In this document: positions 49,254-59,712 of the stretch, piece by piece
Layout: every line of letters starts with the position of its first letter
How positions within the stretch are numbered: the stretch's first letter is position 1
DNA from: Methanomassiliicoccaceae archaeon
Lineage (GTDB): Archaea > Thermoplasmatota > Thermoplasmata > Methanomassiliicoccales > Methanomassiliicoccaceae
Length of the DNA stretch: 64,000 nucleotides
NCBI GenBank assembly: GCA_040776945.1
Contig: JAXGZN010000001.1
Location: 864,001 to 928,000 of the forward strand
Direction of reading: 5' to 3'
Position numbers and translations under genes: made by a program
The notes under the pieces: model-generated
The model's database searches: none
Told to the model about the DNA's origin: nothing
The model's input: only the letters and a program-made list of their open reading frames with translations

Positions 49254-50318
49254 TCATCGGAGCACCTTTTCGAACTCAGCAGCACTGGCATCCCAATCAA
49301 ATCTCCTTGACCACTTCAATGCGTTCTCGCTCAGCTCCGTCCTGAGGCGTCCATCGCATATCAATCGCTCCATCTCCCTTGCCATGGCGAGGGGGGCGGT
49401 CCCTGATAGAAGGCCATTGTGGCCGTTCTGTATGGAGTCCCTGAGCCCGGGAATGTCGTAGCCCACGGCAGGTGTTCCGACGGCGTTGGAGTCGGTCACA
49501 ACCTGCCCCCAACCTTCTCGGATACCCGGCACAGCGATGATCCACGACCTTGCCACGATCGCGTCCTTTGACGCCTTATCAAGGTATCCAGTGAACTCGA
49601 CGTCCGGATAGGCCTTTACCAGGTCGTTCCTGAGCTCACCATCGCCTATCACCGTCAGGCGCAGGTCAGGGTATCTCTGCTTCAGCAGTCGATATGCCTT
49701 TAACGCCTCCTCTGGCCTCTTCGTGCTCTTCAGGCGCCCGACCACCACCACGGAGGGATGTGCGGTCTTATCTGGCACCCGTTCCAGGACCTTCGTATTG
49801 ATACCGTTCGGCACGACCCGGACGTCTCTGAACCCAAGCGCGAGGAGGTCCTTCCTTGTCGATTCGGACACCGTCACCGTTAGGACATCACGATATCTCC
49901 TCAACCAACGGTCCTCAAGGAAGCGGTTCCCGACCCAGGCCAATGGGTATGGAAGCTCGTAGAACCAGAACTCCCGGGCAAGCTGGTGGATCAGGGCCAC
50001 CAGGCGCTCTCCCCGGTCCACGCAGCGTGGCATCATGAAAGGGACCGTGTTGATCTCATCAATGATCACGTCCCATCTCTCTTTCGAACCTTTGTAGAAG
50101 GCCCTGGCCTTGCGATACACACTGAACCGGTCACCATCCCGTACCACTCGGACGCCCTCGATGACCTCTTCTGGCAGGCATCCGGGGAAGGCGCTCGAAA
50201 AAACAGTGACCTCATGTCCTCTTTGGTGCAGTCTGCTCATTATCTGCTGAGTGTACCACTCTGCCCCACCGCCTGCTGGATTGCGTATATCGCGCCAATT
50301 GAAGCACAGAACCCTGAT
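49254..50318 (-). CDS. GT4 glycosyltransferase (probable non-canonical ATC start)
   Basis: The frame continues upstream of the ORF-track ATG as [I]RVLCFNWRDIRNPAGGGAE; later REGWGQVVTDSNAVGTP. Confidence 0.88.
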   Translation of the reverse strand: MRVLCFNWRDIRNPAGGGAEWYTQQIMSRLHQRGHEVTVFSSAFPGCLPEEVIEGVRVVRDGDRFSVYRKARAFYKGSKERWDVIIDEINTVPFMMPRCVDRGERLVALIHQLAREFWFYELPYPLAWVGNRFLEDRWLRRYRDVLTVTVSESTRKDLLALGFRDVRVVPNGINTKVLERVPDKTAHPSVVVVGRLKSTKRPEEALKAYRLLKQRYPDLRLTVIGDGELRNDLVKAYPDVEFTGYLDKASKDAIVARSWIIAVPGIREGWGQVVTDSNAVGTPAVGYDIPGLRDSIQNGHNGLLSGTAPLAMAREMERLICDGRLRTELSENALKWSRRFDWDASAAEFEKVLR

Positions 50319-50552
50319 GAGCGCCCACCTTCGGGTCGGATTGGATTATGCACTATATGGTTTTCGGTCGCCCGGAGCTGTTCGTTAGACTTACCGGCCG
50401 TCATAGATCTCCTGAAGGTCCGTTCTCCATCTGCGGCCGGGGCCGCGGTGAGATATGATGCCATATTCGCCGCGCGGTCCTGCCCTTAAGTTGATATATG
50501 CCTACGCCAGTGGTCTCCTCTCGGAGGAACCGTCGCCAGGAGAGGTAATGCA

Positions 50553-51740
50553 TTGATCACGGTGATTGCATTAGGTCCTGTCGAGAGGAACTCCAACGGC
50601 TACAGCATCCGCATAGGCCACCTCATAGATGCTCTTCTCCGGCATGACAAGGTCACGCTGATGGAGTTCCATATAACCGAGCCCCGAGGGCCCGTGGAGA
50701 CCAAATATGCCCGGATCGAGTACGATGCGGTCTATCGGAGCCGCGGCGCGGGCGATATGCTATTCAGACTGCTCACCTTCAACCCGTTGGCCCAGATGAA
50801 GATGCAGATCATGACCCTCAAAGGCATCTGGGCCAACCGGGCGCTTATCCGTTCCAGTGACATGGTCTTCATCGAGGGAGCGCTCTTCCCCTTCGCCATC
50901 CTGATGTCCAAGTTCCTTGGCAAGAGGGTCGTCATGGACACCCATTGTGTCAACCTCAAGCTGGGCAGCGACTTCAAGGACCACAACCGCACCGCCTATG
51001 TCATGAGGTGCCTGACCTGGGGACCATTGGAGTACTTTGCCTACCGGCTCAGCGACAATATTATCTTCGTGTCGGACAACGAGGTCAGCTTCTCTGAGAG
51101 GACATTCCGCATGCCTAGGGACAAAGCCACGGTCATCCCGAACGTACTGGACATACCACCCCTTGAGGTCACCCCTGAAGAGATGGACGGGTTCAGGGAG
51201 AGGTATGGGCTGAAGGACAAGGTCGTCGCAACCTTCCTGGGCGACCTGACCTCTGTGCAGAACAAGGACTGCGTGGACCTCATCCTTGGCGAACTGGCCT
51301 CGGACCTGGAAAGGAGCAGGGAGGAACTGAGGTTCTTGATAGTGGGGAAAGGCGCGGAAGCATTCGACAACATCCCCAGCAATGTTGTTTTCACCGGCTA
51401 CCTCGATAAGATCGATCCCGCCATAGCGGTCACCGATGTGTTCGTGGCGCCCATGAGGGTCGGGGCCGGTACCAAGACCAAGGTATTGCTGTTCATGGGC
51501 TACCGGAAGCCCATTATGACGACCGAAGTAGGGATCGAGGGCATAGAGGTCCGAGGACGCGAGGACGTCATGGTGATCGGGGTCGAGGATTTTCCCAATG
51601 CTCTGAGGTCCTTCCAGCCCCGACCGAAGAGAGATGAGTCGATCTGCCCCATCAGCGGCGCAGGGTACTCGCCCGAAGTTATGAGCTCCAAGGTGGACGA
51701 GCTCTTGGAACGCATCTACCGGGAAGCGGGGAGCGCCTGA
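50553..51740 (+). CDS. GT4 glycosyltransferase
   Basis: NG..IR, D.H, VIPN, F.G.L...QN, APMRVGAGTKTKV. Confidence 0.88.
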   Translation: MITVIALGPVERNSNGYSIRIGHLIDALLRHDKVTLMEFHITEPRGPVETKYARIEYDAVYRSRGAGDMLFRLLTFNPLAQMKMQIMTLKGIWANRALIRSSDMVFIEGALFPFAILMSKFLGKRVVMDTHCVNLKLGSDFKDHNRTAYVMRCLTWGPLEYFAYRLSDNIIFVSDNEVSFSERTFRMPRDKATVIPNVLDIPPLEVTPEEMDGFRERYGLKDKVVATFLGDLTSVQNKDCVDLILGELASDLERSREELRFLIVGKGAEAFDNIPSNVVFTGYLDKIDPAIAVTDVFVAPMRVGAGTKTKVLLFMGYRKPIMTTEVGIEGIEVRGREDVMVIGVEDFPNALRSFQPRPKRDESICPISGAGYSPEVMSSKVDELLERIYREAGSA

Positions 51741-51745
51741 TCGCC

Positions 51746-54700
51746 ATGGCTTGGATCCAGACGGTCATTAAAAGCGAGAGGGCGCAGGTTCTTGCCGCTG
51801 CCGTCATGCTATCTCTGGCGCTCACCGCGATAGTGTTCTCCGCCTTCCTGACGAGATCGGGGGTGGCAAATGAGGGAGATCTCACATGGGCCTATTTCAA
51901 AGAACCTGGATTGACCGGCCTTTACCGTGAAAGCAGCCAGCTCGGTCTTCTACCGAACCAGATGATCATCTATTCATGGATGTTCTATCTTCCTTTGGAC
52001 CCGGCCATAATGGAACGCATTCTCTTCATGGGCACCTTCTTATTGATGGGGACCATCTGTTACTACGTCAGCTTCATGCTGTTACGGCACGAAGGTGCGG
52101 AGAGGCGCCTGGCCCATATCATATCTGGGGCGGCTACGACAGCATACGTCTTCTGCCCGATGAACCTGTACCATATCACCGCCCTTTTCCTGCTGATCGG
52201 TTATGCCCTGCTGCCGGCCCTTATCTACGTGGCCTTAAGGTTCGCTTGGTCCAGGCGTTCTAGGAAGGACATCCTGCTCTATGGCGCGCTCACCGGAGCG
52301 GTCCTGGCAGCATCGTCCGGAGATCCCCGATGGCCGATCTGGGGTCTGCTCGTGCTCGTTCTCCTGATGTTCATCATGGCGGCGATGGACCGCTTCAAGG
52401 GACTGCCTAGGGCAGCGGGATATCTGACCGTGGCCGTGGCCAGCTTCACAGCCCTGAGCGCTTTCTGGTTCCTTCCCACATTGCTCGTTCCAGATCATGC
52501 CACCCTGCTCGCCCGCCCCAACCTATCCGTGCCCTTCTTCTATGCCCTCAACAAGTATTCCATAATATCCAACGCCCTGATATTCCAAGCCGACTTCTGG
52601 GAGCCGACCAGATCGCTGTTCTTATTGAGGGACCCGGTCCTGAACTTCCTGTTCCATATCTCGCAGTGGGCGCTGCCCGCGTTGGCAGCCCTGTCCATCC
52701 TGTTCTACAGGCAGAACCGGCAGGTGGTCCCTCTAATGGCGATATCAGCGGTCATCATCGTCATCGCCACTGCTCCCATGTCCCCGTTCCAGTTCATCAG
52801 AGATGGGTATCAGGGCTTCGTGTTCGATCTCCCCTTCGGGATCGCTTTCCGCACAGCGTACAAATGGCTCGCATTGCTGACGTTCCCATTGGTTATGCTG
52901 GCGGCCTACTCTATACTGGGGCTCTCAAAGGGAATGGAGCTCTATCGCTCTTCCCATCAGTGGAGAGGAGCGAGCATCCGCATGATCTCCAAATATGCCT
53001 CGATCGTTCTGGTGGCGATACTGGCCGCCTCGAGCCTGTTCGCGACCTGGCCCATGCTCGCTGGGAACTTCGGGGGGCTGATATCTCCGACCGACCTTAG
53101 CGGCGACTATCGAGAGGCGTACGATCTGATACAGGCCGATATTGGTGGGGACAGCTCTTTCAAGATACTCTATCTTCCAAGCAACCCGTACACAGGGTTT
53201 TCGGCCCCCGGTCTGACGGACTCCCCATACCTGCACTATATCATGACCCTGCTCGAACGAGGGAACCTCACCCATATGGGTCACCACCTCGCCCCTCTGG
53301 GAGCAAGGTATGTGATGATTGACAAGACCGCTTACACAAATAAAGCTCTAGAGAACGCCCTTAGGAACCAGACCGACCTGCCCATCAAGTACGAGGGGGA
53401 GCAGCTGCTGGTATTTGAAAATGAGCAAGTCAGCAGCTTGTTCAGGTTCTCCGATCCGGCGGTCAACTTTGACGGCATCGACAGCGGCGCCAGCCGGATC
53501 GCATGGGAGGACTGGATTCAGACGGATCAAGCCCTCATGGGTCTGAGCGAGGTGTTCGATAGAACGCCCTATGTGATCATGGGCCCAGGATACCCATACG
53601 ACCTGATGTCGGCGGACTCGACGATAAGCTCCCCCTACCTTTACGTGCCCTACTGCAATGATGATGCCTGGCAGTTCCAAACCATCTACGCCCCTTCGGC
53701 TGTGGGAACGCACATCACCGGTTCCTATGAGTGGATCGGCCTGCTTGGCTCTTTGGGCCTGGAGAACTGGAACCTTGACTTTGGCATGGGCATCGCGTTC
53801 GTCGACAAGAACCTGACCATCCCCAAGGACATGCCCTTGCCCGACAGTGCCTTGGTCGAGGACTTTGATCTCTCCGATCGAGGGGCCGTGCAGGAATTTG
53901 TGGGGAACAACTATCCAGAGCAGTTCGATGCTAAACAGGTGCTCAGTTGGGATGGCGACAGCATGCGGGTGAAGCTGTTGAACTCGACCCCTGGATGGAA
54001 GACCGTGCGCAGTCCAATGGTAGAGGTGAGCTACGGCCAAACGTATATCGTCACGACCGAGATCCGGTCCCACAGCGGGTTCGATATTCATTTCAAGATC
54101 GCAGAGCACGACCAGGATGGGAACATCACTTCGGTAAGGTCGTACTACGGCCTGGGGAGCGGCGAGATCGACCGCACCCCCGTCCGTCTCAGCTACAAGG
54201 CTAACAATACTGATGTAAAATACATCAGTCTACAGATCTGGCACGGGTCGGACACCACCATGCCGTTGCCGAACACATTCTGGGTCAACCACGTCTCATT
54301 CTACAACGCCACCGAGCTTCTGAGACCCCCTCAGCTTGACGGGAAGGTCAAGGTGGGCGATAGTGGACGATATCGTATGTACGTGCGTACCCTGGACAGC
54401 CCATTGGGCGGCAACATGACCTTGACCGTTGACGGGACCACGCACATCATTGAGACCAGGAGCGATGACACCACGATGAGCTGGACCTTCCTAGGCACGC
54501 TCGATCTCGCTGCGGGGGAGCATGGGGTCACGGTCCGCAACATCGATGGGACGAACGCGGTGAACATAATCTCTTTGATCGGCGAGGACGAGTATGCCGA
54601 GAGACTATCTCATTATAGCTCTCAGCTGGAGGACAAGGCCTTGGTCTATGTGCTGAAAGTGCCGGCAGAGAGCGTTAGCATCGCCCTCAATGACGATCCG

Positions 54701-55330
54701 TTCCTCGGCCCCACTGACCAGTACCTCGTGGCCAAAAAGGAGATCGAGGTCCACCGCGCAGGCCATTACCGCATCTATGCGAACTCCTCGACCTCGTCCT
54801 CGCTGTACATCGACGGCGTGCTCAACGGTGAGATGGACGGAGCGGACAGGTATTTGTCCGTCGATCTTGGAACTGGCAGGCACAGGATCGCATTATTCTC
54901 AACAGGTCCGTCATATGTTGCAGGGGAGATCATCATGTTCTCCGCCAATGCTGGCAGTGACATTGCCAGCCTAGACGGTTTCTCTGAGGTCGGCGAGCAG
55001 ACCATGGATGTCACCAGGAAGGGCACGTCGACCTATTATCTGGACGTGGCCGTCGGAAGGTCAACGCTCCTGGTGTTCTCTCATGCCTTCGATAGCGGAT
55101 GGACGCTCACCTCGGGCAGCACATCGATCTACTCCGTTCCAGTGAATACTGCGGAGAACGGGTTCATGATCGGCATCGACGGCAACGCCAGCCTGATCAT
55201 TACCTACTCTCCCGATCGCCTCTACGTTCTTGGGGGGGCGATATCCCTGGCCTCAGCAGCGATCATGTCCGTCCCTGCGCTGATGTGCTTCGTATGGAGA
55301 AAACGCTCGAACGGACCGTACCGCCTATGA
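51746..55330 (+). CDS. Giant GT-C/YfhO/AftD-like membrane glycosyltransferase with CBM-like extracellular domains (1194 aa)
   Basis: About 12 N-terminal TMs with FRTAYKW, FKILYLP, LGARYV; beta-sandwich domains; SHAFDSGW...NGF...ITY and a final TM. Confidence 0.75.
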   Translation: MAWIQTVIKSERAQVLAAAVMLSLALTAIVFSAFLTRSGVANEGDLTWAYFKEPGLTGLYRESSQLGLLPNQMIIYSWMFYLPLDPAIMERILFMGTFLLMGTICYYVSFMLLRHEGAERRLAHIISGAATTAYVFCPMNLYHITALFLLIGYALLPALIYVALRFAWSRRSRKDILLYGALTGAVLAASSGDPRWPIWGLLVLVLLMFIMAAMDRFKGLPRAAGYLTVAVASFTALSAFWFLPTLLVPDHATLLARPNLSVPFFYALNKYSIISNALIFQADFWEPTRSLFLLRDPVLNFLFHISQWALPALAALSILFYRQNRQVVPLMAISAVIIVIATAPMSPFQFIRDGYQGFVFDLPFGIAFRTAYKWLALLTFPLVMLAAYSILGLSKGMELYRSSHQWRGASIRMISKYASIVLVAILAASSLFATWPMLAGNFGGLISPTDLSGDYREAYDLIQADIGGDSSFKILYLPSNPYTGFSAPGLTDSPYLHYIMTLLERGNLTHMGHHLAPLGARYVMIDKTAYTNKALENALRNQTDLPIKYEGEQLLVFENEQVSSLFRFSDPAVNFDGIDSGASRIAWEDWIQTDQALMGLSEVFDRTPYVIMGPGYPYDLMSADSTISSPYLYVPYCNDDAWQFQTIYAPSAVGTHITGSYEWIGLLGSLGLENWNLDFGMGIAFVDKNLTIPKDMPLPDSALVEDFDLSDRGAVQEFVGNNYPEQFDAKQVLSWDGDSMRVKLLNSTPGWKTVRSPMVEVSYGQTYIVTTEIRSHSGFDIHFKIAEHDQDGNITSVRSYYGLGSGEIDRTPVRLSYKANNTDVKYISLQIWHGSDTTMPLPNTFWVNHVSFYNATELLRPPQLDGKVKVGDSGRYRMYVRTLDSPLGGNMTLTVDGTTHIIETRSDDTTMSWTFLGTLDLAAGEHGVTVRNIDGTNAVNIISLIGEDEYAERLSHYSSQLEDKALVYVLKVPAESVSIALNDDPFLGPTDQYLVAKKEIEVHRAGHYRIYANSSTSSSLYIDGVLNGEMDGADRYLSVDLGTGRHRIALFSTGPSYVAGEIIMFSANAGSDIASLDGFSEVGEQTMDVTRKGTSTYYLDVAVGRSTLLVFSHAFDSGWTLTSGSTSIYSVPVNTAENGFMIGIDGNASLIITYSPDRLYVLGGAISLASAAIMSVPALMCFVWRKRSNGPYRL

Positions 55331-55369
55331 CCATGGAAGGGACAATGAGAATGGTGGCCGGTATCTGCA

Positions 55370-58300
55370 TCACGTCCTCAATTTCCTTAGCCTCCGGCCA
55401 TGCACGGTCAGCGCGGTCACCAGTACGACTGTCCCCACGATGGAGAGCCCTCCGCTAGCATAAAGCCAGGCCTGAGGCCTGTACTCGACCGTGACACTCG
55501 CGTTCCCAGGGACGTTCAGGACGAAGCCGTTCAAGAATCCCCAGGTCGGCACAGAGGCGATATCCCATTCGTGCATCCGGGCGGTCCATCTCTCATCATA
55601 CACCGTACCAGTGATAAGGAGGACGACGCCGTCCCCCCGCAGGTCGGCGGTTCGGGTGGTCGCGTCCGGAATGCCATAGGAGACGGCCTCTGCGGCGGAC
55701 CGGTCGCCGTTGAACAACGTGTCCAGGGAACTCGCGTTGCCAGAGAAGAACCAGATCGAGTCGATTACTGCTTCCGATGGTCCTTTGTTCTTTACTGATA
55801 CAGAGTGCGTGCCGTTTGTGAGGGGCATAGGTCCGAGGTAGGACATCTCGGGGAACATGCCGTTCACTTGCGTCGCAACCCCATCGATGACGATCTCCAG
55901 TTCTCCGGCCGCTGCTATACCTATGCGATAATCGCCTGTGCTCAGGATGTTCAAGGTCCCTGCTATAGCATTTCCACCAGAGACGACGACTCCCTGTCCC
56001 TGACCATAGCTCCCGGCGCTGGCGATCACCATCTGATCGTTCACGGCGGTCATGGATTCCTCAGCTTCCATCAGATACACGACTTCCGATCTCGACAGGC
56101 GGTCATTGGCGTCATCGACCGATCTCTCCCATTGAGAACGCTCTGTCACGAGGACGATGTTGACCGCATTGAAGCCTCCCTCATTAATAAAGGAGATCGC
56201 ATGCTCTCCGGGGCCTAGGTTCACCGGCCCCACGGTATCCCACACGAACCCATTGACCTCGGACAGAGAATCTAGGGAAATGAGCTCATCGTCGTCCAGG
56301 ACCAGTTTCATCGGTCCGCCCCGGATGTTCTGCAGGTAACGCACCGATATGTAATAACTGCCGGCATCGGGGACGTTGACCCTTGTTCCAAGTTCAGAGC
56401 CAGGCTCAGTTCCGTTCACCCATGTCAGCACCAGACCTTGGCCGTAGTCAAAGTACCAGCCGGAGATGCCCATCTCCTCAAGGTACGCCCTCCACGTGCC
56501 GTGCAGGGGGTCCAGCGTAGATGCTTTCGACCATCTGCCGGCTGGATCATGGTGGTCCGTGCTGGAATAGGGGGCCACCACGATGCCTTTCCGGTCAAGA
56601 AGGACAAGGTCCTCTTGACCTGCCCCGGATATGAGTAGCTTCCCGCCTATCAGGCCCAGACCGGGGGCCTCCTGCGGGAACAGCACCCCGGCGCTGGTCA
56701 TGTTGAAACCCTCGATACAAGCCAGAGAACGGAGGGATGAAAGCCCGCCGATGACGGATATGATATTGTCGGTGGCGTAGACCAGCTTGACGTCCTCGAT
56801 GACCTCGTATACCTTCAGGGCCCCATCCTGCCGTACCAAGGCCATGTCCTTCTGCCAGGAAAGAGAGGATTCCATGGCGTCTATCAGCGAATGCAGCTCA
56901 GGAACGTCCTCTCGGACGATGAGGTACTTGATTCCTGCGGTCGCCAGGAGCTTGCCGAAATGGTCGGTGCGGTTCTCTGCCAAGGTTTGACTGAGGAAGG
57001 ACCGGTAATATGCTCCATATACCGTCGTCCCCCCTATGTCCGGTTTCCCCGAATACATGTTCTCAATGTTGGAGACCATGTTGCTCGTCCAATTGGTGGA
57101 TGTCCCTAGCGTATTGGGCAGCCATAGAACGTTGAAATCACCGTCCAGGCCCGCAAGCCAGTCATTGGTGCTGTAGTACTCGCCAGGGACCTCCATCGGA
57201 ACATAGATGCCGTTCATATGGCCGTTCACGCTGGGAACGGCAAAGACCATGAACCCGGAGAGCAGGATGATGCACGTCAGGAACATGGCCGCCGTCTTGT
57301 TCCGGCCATCTGACCATCCACCGAACTTCAACCTGGACCTGCTGTTCAGCTCTAGCAGGGTCACCATGATGAGCAGGCAATAGGTCAGCCACATGGGCCC
57401 GGCCCATTTGTCCGGGTCCCGCAGCAACCACCCTATCTGTCTTGAAAGGGGAGCATCGAAGGTCAGCCATGAATATGCCCCTCCCAGGCCCCAGTTGGTA
57501 CCCATCGAAAGAACGAAGAATATCAAGGCCATTGCCGTCAGGGACAACGTCAGGCGGTCGCGGCGGAACAGGAGGGCGCTGAACGCCATGACCGGAACGA
57601 TGTAGCTCGCGACGCCCCATGCGACCCCCAGTTCACCCTGAAGCGCCATGTCGGTCCGCGGCCACCAATATCCTATCCCTCGGAAGGCGTTGAGCGGGCC
57701 GGAGCTGGCGCTCAACATGTTCACAACCTCCACCGTGAGAACGGCGGGCGGTCCCGACACCCCTTCAAGGAGCGAGGCGATGTACGGCGCTATCCAATAC
57801 ATGCTGGTGACAAGGAACGTGGTCAGCAGTATCAGGAAGGAGCGGAGAAGGCCAATCCGTTGGGGCCACCTAGCCCTCAATGGGTTCTGATAGATGAGCG
57901 CCCCCAGCACCAGCATGAACAGGAAGATCGTATAATGGGCCGAAGTCGAGGCCACCGTCCACAGGAACCCGGTGAGAGCCAGGGTCTTGACGTCGTGGTC
58001 CTCCAGCCCCTTCATCGCTCCTACTAGGATCAGAGGCGCCAAGGCATACCCGGTCCATAGGAAGAAATGCTCGATGCGGTTCATCGACCACGGGCTCAGC
58101 ATGTAGATCACGGAGACGGTGAAGGCGGCCACACAGACGGCGCGTTCGCTGGTCCGGGGAAATTTCCTCCGACCGATCCAGAAGGAGACCAAGTAAGAGG
58201 ATAGGCCGGCCATTAGCAGAGTCCCCAGGACCATCATCTTTATGAACGCCTCGGTGGCCAGGCCCAGGGCGATGGCAAGGCTCACCGGGACGCCGAAACC

Positions 58301-58549
58301 GAGCAGCCGATCGGCCTTGTCGGTGTTGGTATAGTGCCCAAAAGGGGTCCACATCGGATAAAGCTCGAAGCGGTCCATCTCGCGAGGGGTGTTAAAATCC
58401 CCATACATGATGGTGCCTGGGGTCAACAAGATGTTCGCGCCCACCGCCATCACCAGAAGCGCCACGGCCAGTGCCCCAGCTATCAGGCACTTGTTCCTGA
58501 CGACCGATGATCTCGTCCGTTCCACGAGCTCCATGGGCATGCCGGACAT
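55370..58549 (-). CDS. Giant GT-C/YfhO/AftD-like membrane glycosyltransferase (1059 aa), paralog
   Basis: YGDF loop, LRDPDKW, DFNVLWLP, GIKYLIV, GSYYISVRY...GEH CBM-like domain, YDERW...NGF...VEY and a final TM. Confidence 0.75.
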   Translation of the reverse strand: MSGMPMELVERTRSSVVRNKCLIAGALAVALLVMAVGANILLTPGTIMYGDFNTPREMDRFELYPMWTPFGHYTNTDKADRLLGFGVPVSLAIALGLATEAFIKMMVLGTLLMAGLSSYLVSFWIGRRKFPRTSERAVCVAAFTVSVIYMLSPWSMNRIEHFFLWTGYALAPLILVGAMKGLEDHDVKTLALTGFLWTVASTSAHYTIFLFMLVLGALIYQNPLRARWPQRIGLLRSFLILLTTFLVTSMYWIAPYIASLLEGVSGPPAVLTVEVVNMLSASSGPLNAFRGIGYWWPRTDMALQGELGVAWGVASYIVPVMAFSALLFRRDRLTLSLTAMALIFFVLSMGTNWGLGGAYSWLTFDAPLSRQIGWLLRDPDKWAGPMWLTYCLLIMVTLLELNSRSRLKFGGWSDGRNKTAAMFLTCIILLSGFMVFAVPSVNGHMNGIYVPMEVPGEYYSTNDWLAGLDGDFNVLWLPNTLGTSTNWTSNMVSNIENMYSGKPDIGGTTVYGAYYRSFLSQTLAENRTDHFGKLLATAGIKYLIVREDVPELHSLIDAMESSLSWQKDMALVRQDGALKVYEVIEDVKLVYATDNIISVIGGLSSLRSLACIEGFNMTSAGVLFPQEAPGLGLIGGKLLISGAGQEDLVLLDRKGIVVAPYSSTDHHDPAGRWSKASTLDPLHGTWRAYLEEMGISGWYFDYGQGLVLTWVNGTEPGSELGTRVNVPDAGSYYISVRYLQNIRGGPMKLVLDDDELISLDSLSEVNGFVWDTVGPVNLGPGEHAISFINEGGFNAVNIVLVTERSQWERSVDDANDRLSRSEVVYLMEAEESMTAVNDQMVIASAGSYGQGQGVVVSGGNAIAGTLNILSTGDYRIGIAAAGELEIVIDGVATQVNGMFPEMSYLGPMPLTNGTHSVSVKNKGPSEAVIDSIWFFSGNASSLDTLFNGDRSAAEAVSYGIPDATTRTADLRGDGVVLLITGTVYDERWTARMHEWDIASVPTWGFLNGFVLNVPGNASVTVEYRPQAWLYASGGLSIVGTVVLVTALTVHGRRLRKLRT

Positions 58550-58645
58550 TTTTGGGACCTTCCTGATATGGCGGGGAGGTTCATTTAAACACTACTAATC
58601 GTGCGCGTCCGAGAGGAAGCGCCTATCTATGGAGGTTCCAGCGAT

Positions 58646-59461
58646 TCACTTTTGCCGACCTATCAGATAGCCGAGCTTGTAGGGAACCCCCTTCATCACC
58701 AGGAGGAGATTGGCCTTCAGCGAGATGAGGGGCATGCTCCGGTCAAACTTGCGGAACCTCTCCTTCTTTCCCACCAGTTCGCTGTAGCAGGCCGTCTCGT
58801 GCATGTACCGCACGTCCTTTCCATACTTGAAGTTCTTCCGCCACAGCTCGCTTAGGCGCTTGGGCTCGTGATGCCAAACCGTGTCCTTGACCAGTCCTAC
58901 ACGGTTGGAGAACTTGGAGGCCTCATAGAAGATAATGGCGTCCTCATAGGCATGCACCATCGGCATGCACTCCGGCCGTATGTTGTCAAAGGCCTTCCCC
59001 AGGAGCTCGCTCTTGTAGAACCGAGGGCACATGACCCCTGTTATGGAGTCGATGTACGACCCTACGTTCCTGTGCAGCAGCACTCGGTCGGCATCGTAGA
59101 GCCTCTCTATGAAGGTCTTGGGCTGGAGAGACCTCTCTTCCAGACACAGCATGTCATGATCGCCGCTCATTTGGAGGCAGCGCTCGAGAGTAGTGCGCTC
59201 CAGTACCTGGTCCGAATCCAGGATGAGATGGTAATCGCCCGGATTGTGCCTGAACCCTTCCATGCGCGCACCCAGGACCTTCCCCCTGTAGCTGATTATT
59301 TCGTCGGTGTACTCCTTGGCTATGTCAAGCGTCCCATCGGTAGAGAAACTGTCGACAATGGTTATTTGGAAATCCTTGAAGGTCTGCTCCCGGACAGACT
59401 CCAGCGTCAACCGCAGCGTATTAGCTGAATTGAGTGTGGGGATAGTGATGCAGACCTTCAT
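58646..59461 (-). CDS. GT2 glycosyltransferase
   Basis: IPTLNS, VDSFSTDGT, LDSD, YED. Confidence 0.9.
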   Translation of the reverse strand: MKVCITIPTLNSANTLRLTLESVREQTFKDFQITIVDSFSTDGTLDIAKEYTDEIISYRGKVLGARMEGFRHNPGDYHLILDSDQVLERTTLERCLQMSGDHDMLCLEERSLQPKTFIERLYDADRVLLHRNVGSYIDSITGVMCPRFYKSELLGKAFDNIRPECMPMVHAYEDAIIFYEASKFSNRVGLVKDTVWHHEPKRLSELWRKNFKYGKDVRYMHETACYSELVGKKERFRKFDRSMPLISLKANLLLVMKGVPYKLGYLIGRQK

Positions 59462-59712
59462 ATCCTCGCTCTTCGGTGCGAAGGCCTACTATATTTATAG
59501 AGTTATCTCAGCGGTGATGGCTACCAGCCTGATATAGAAAGTACGGCCTGCTGGAGGAGCTTCTTGGCCGTTCAGGGAGGACGCACATCTCGAGAACGGT
59601 CGAACGCGCCCGTCCCTCTGACCTCCCTCTCTAGGAGGCCGCCCATAGGGCCGAGGGTCTGCCAGCACCAGAATAACAAATCTTTATTATCGCTCGCCCT
59701 TCTCCCAGCATT

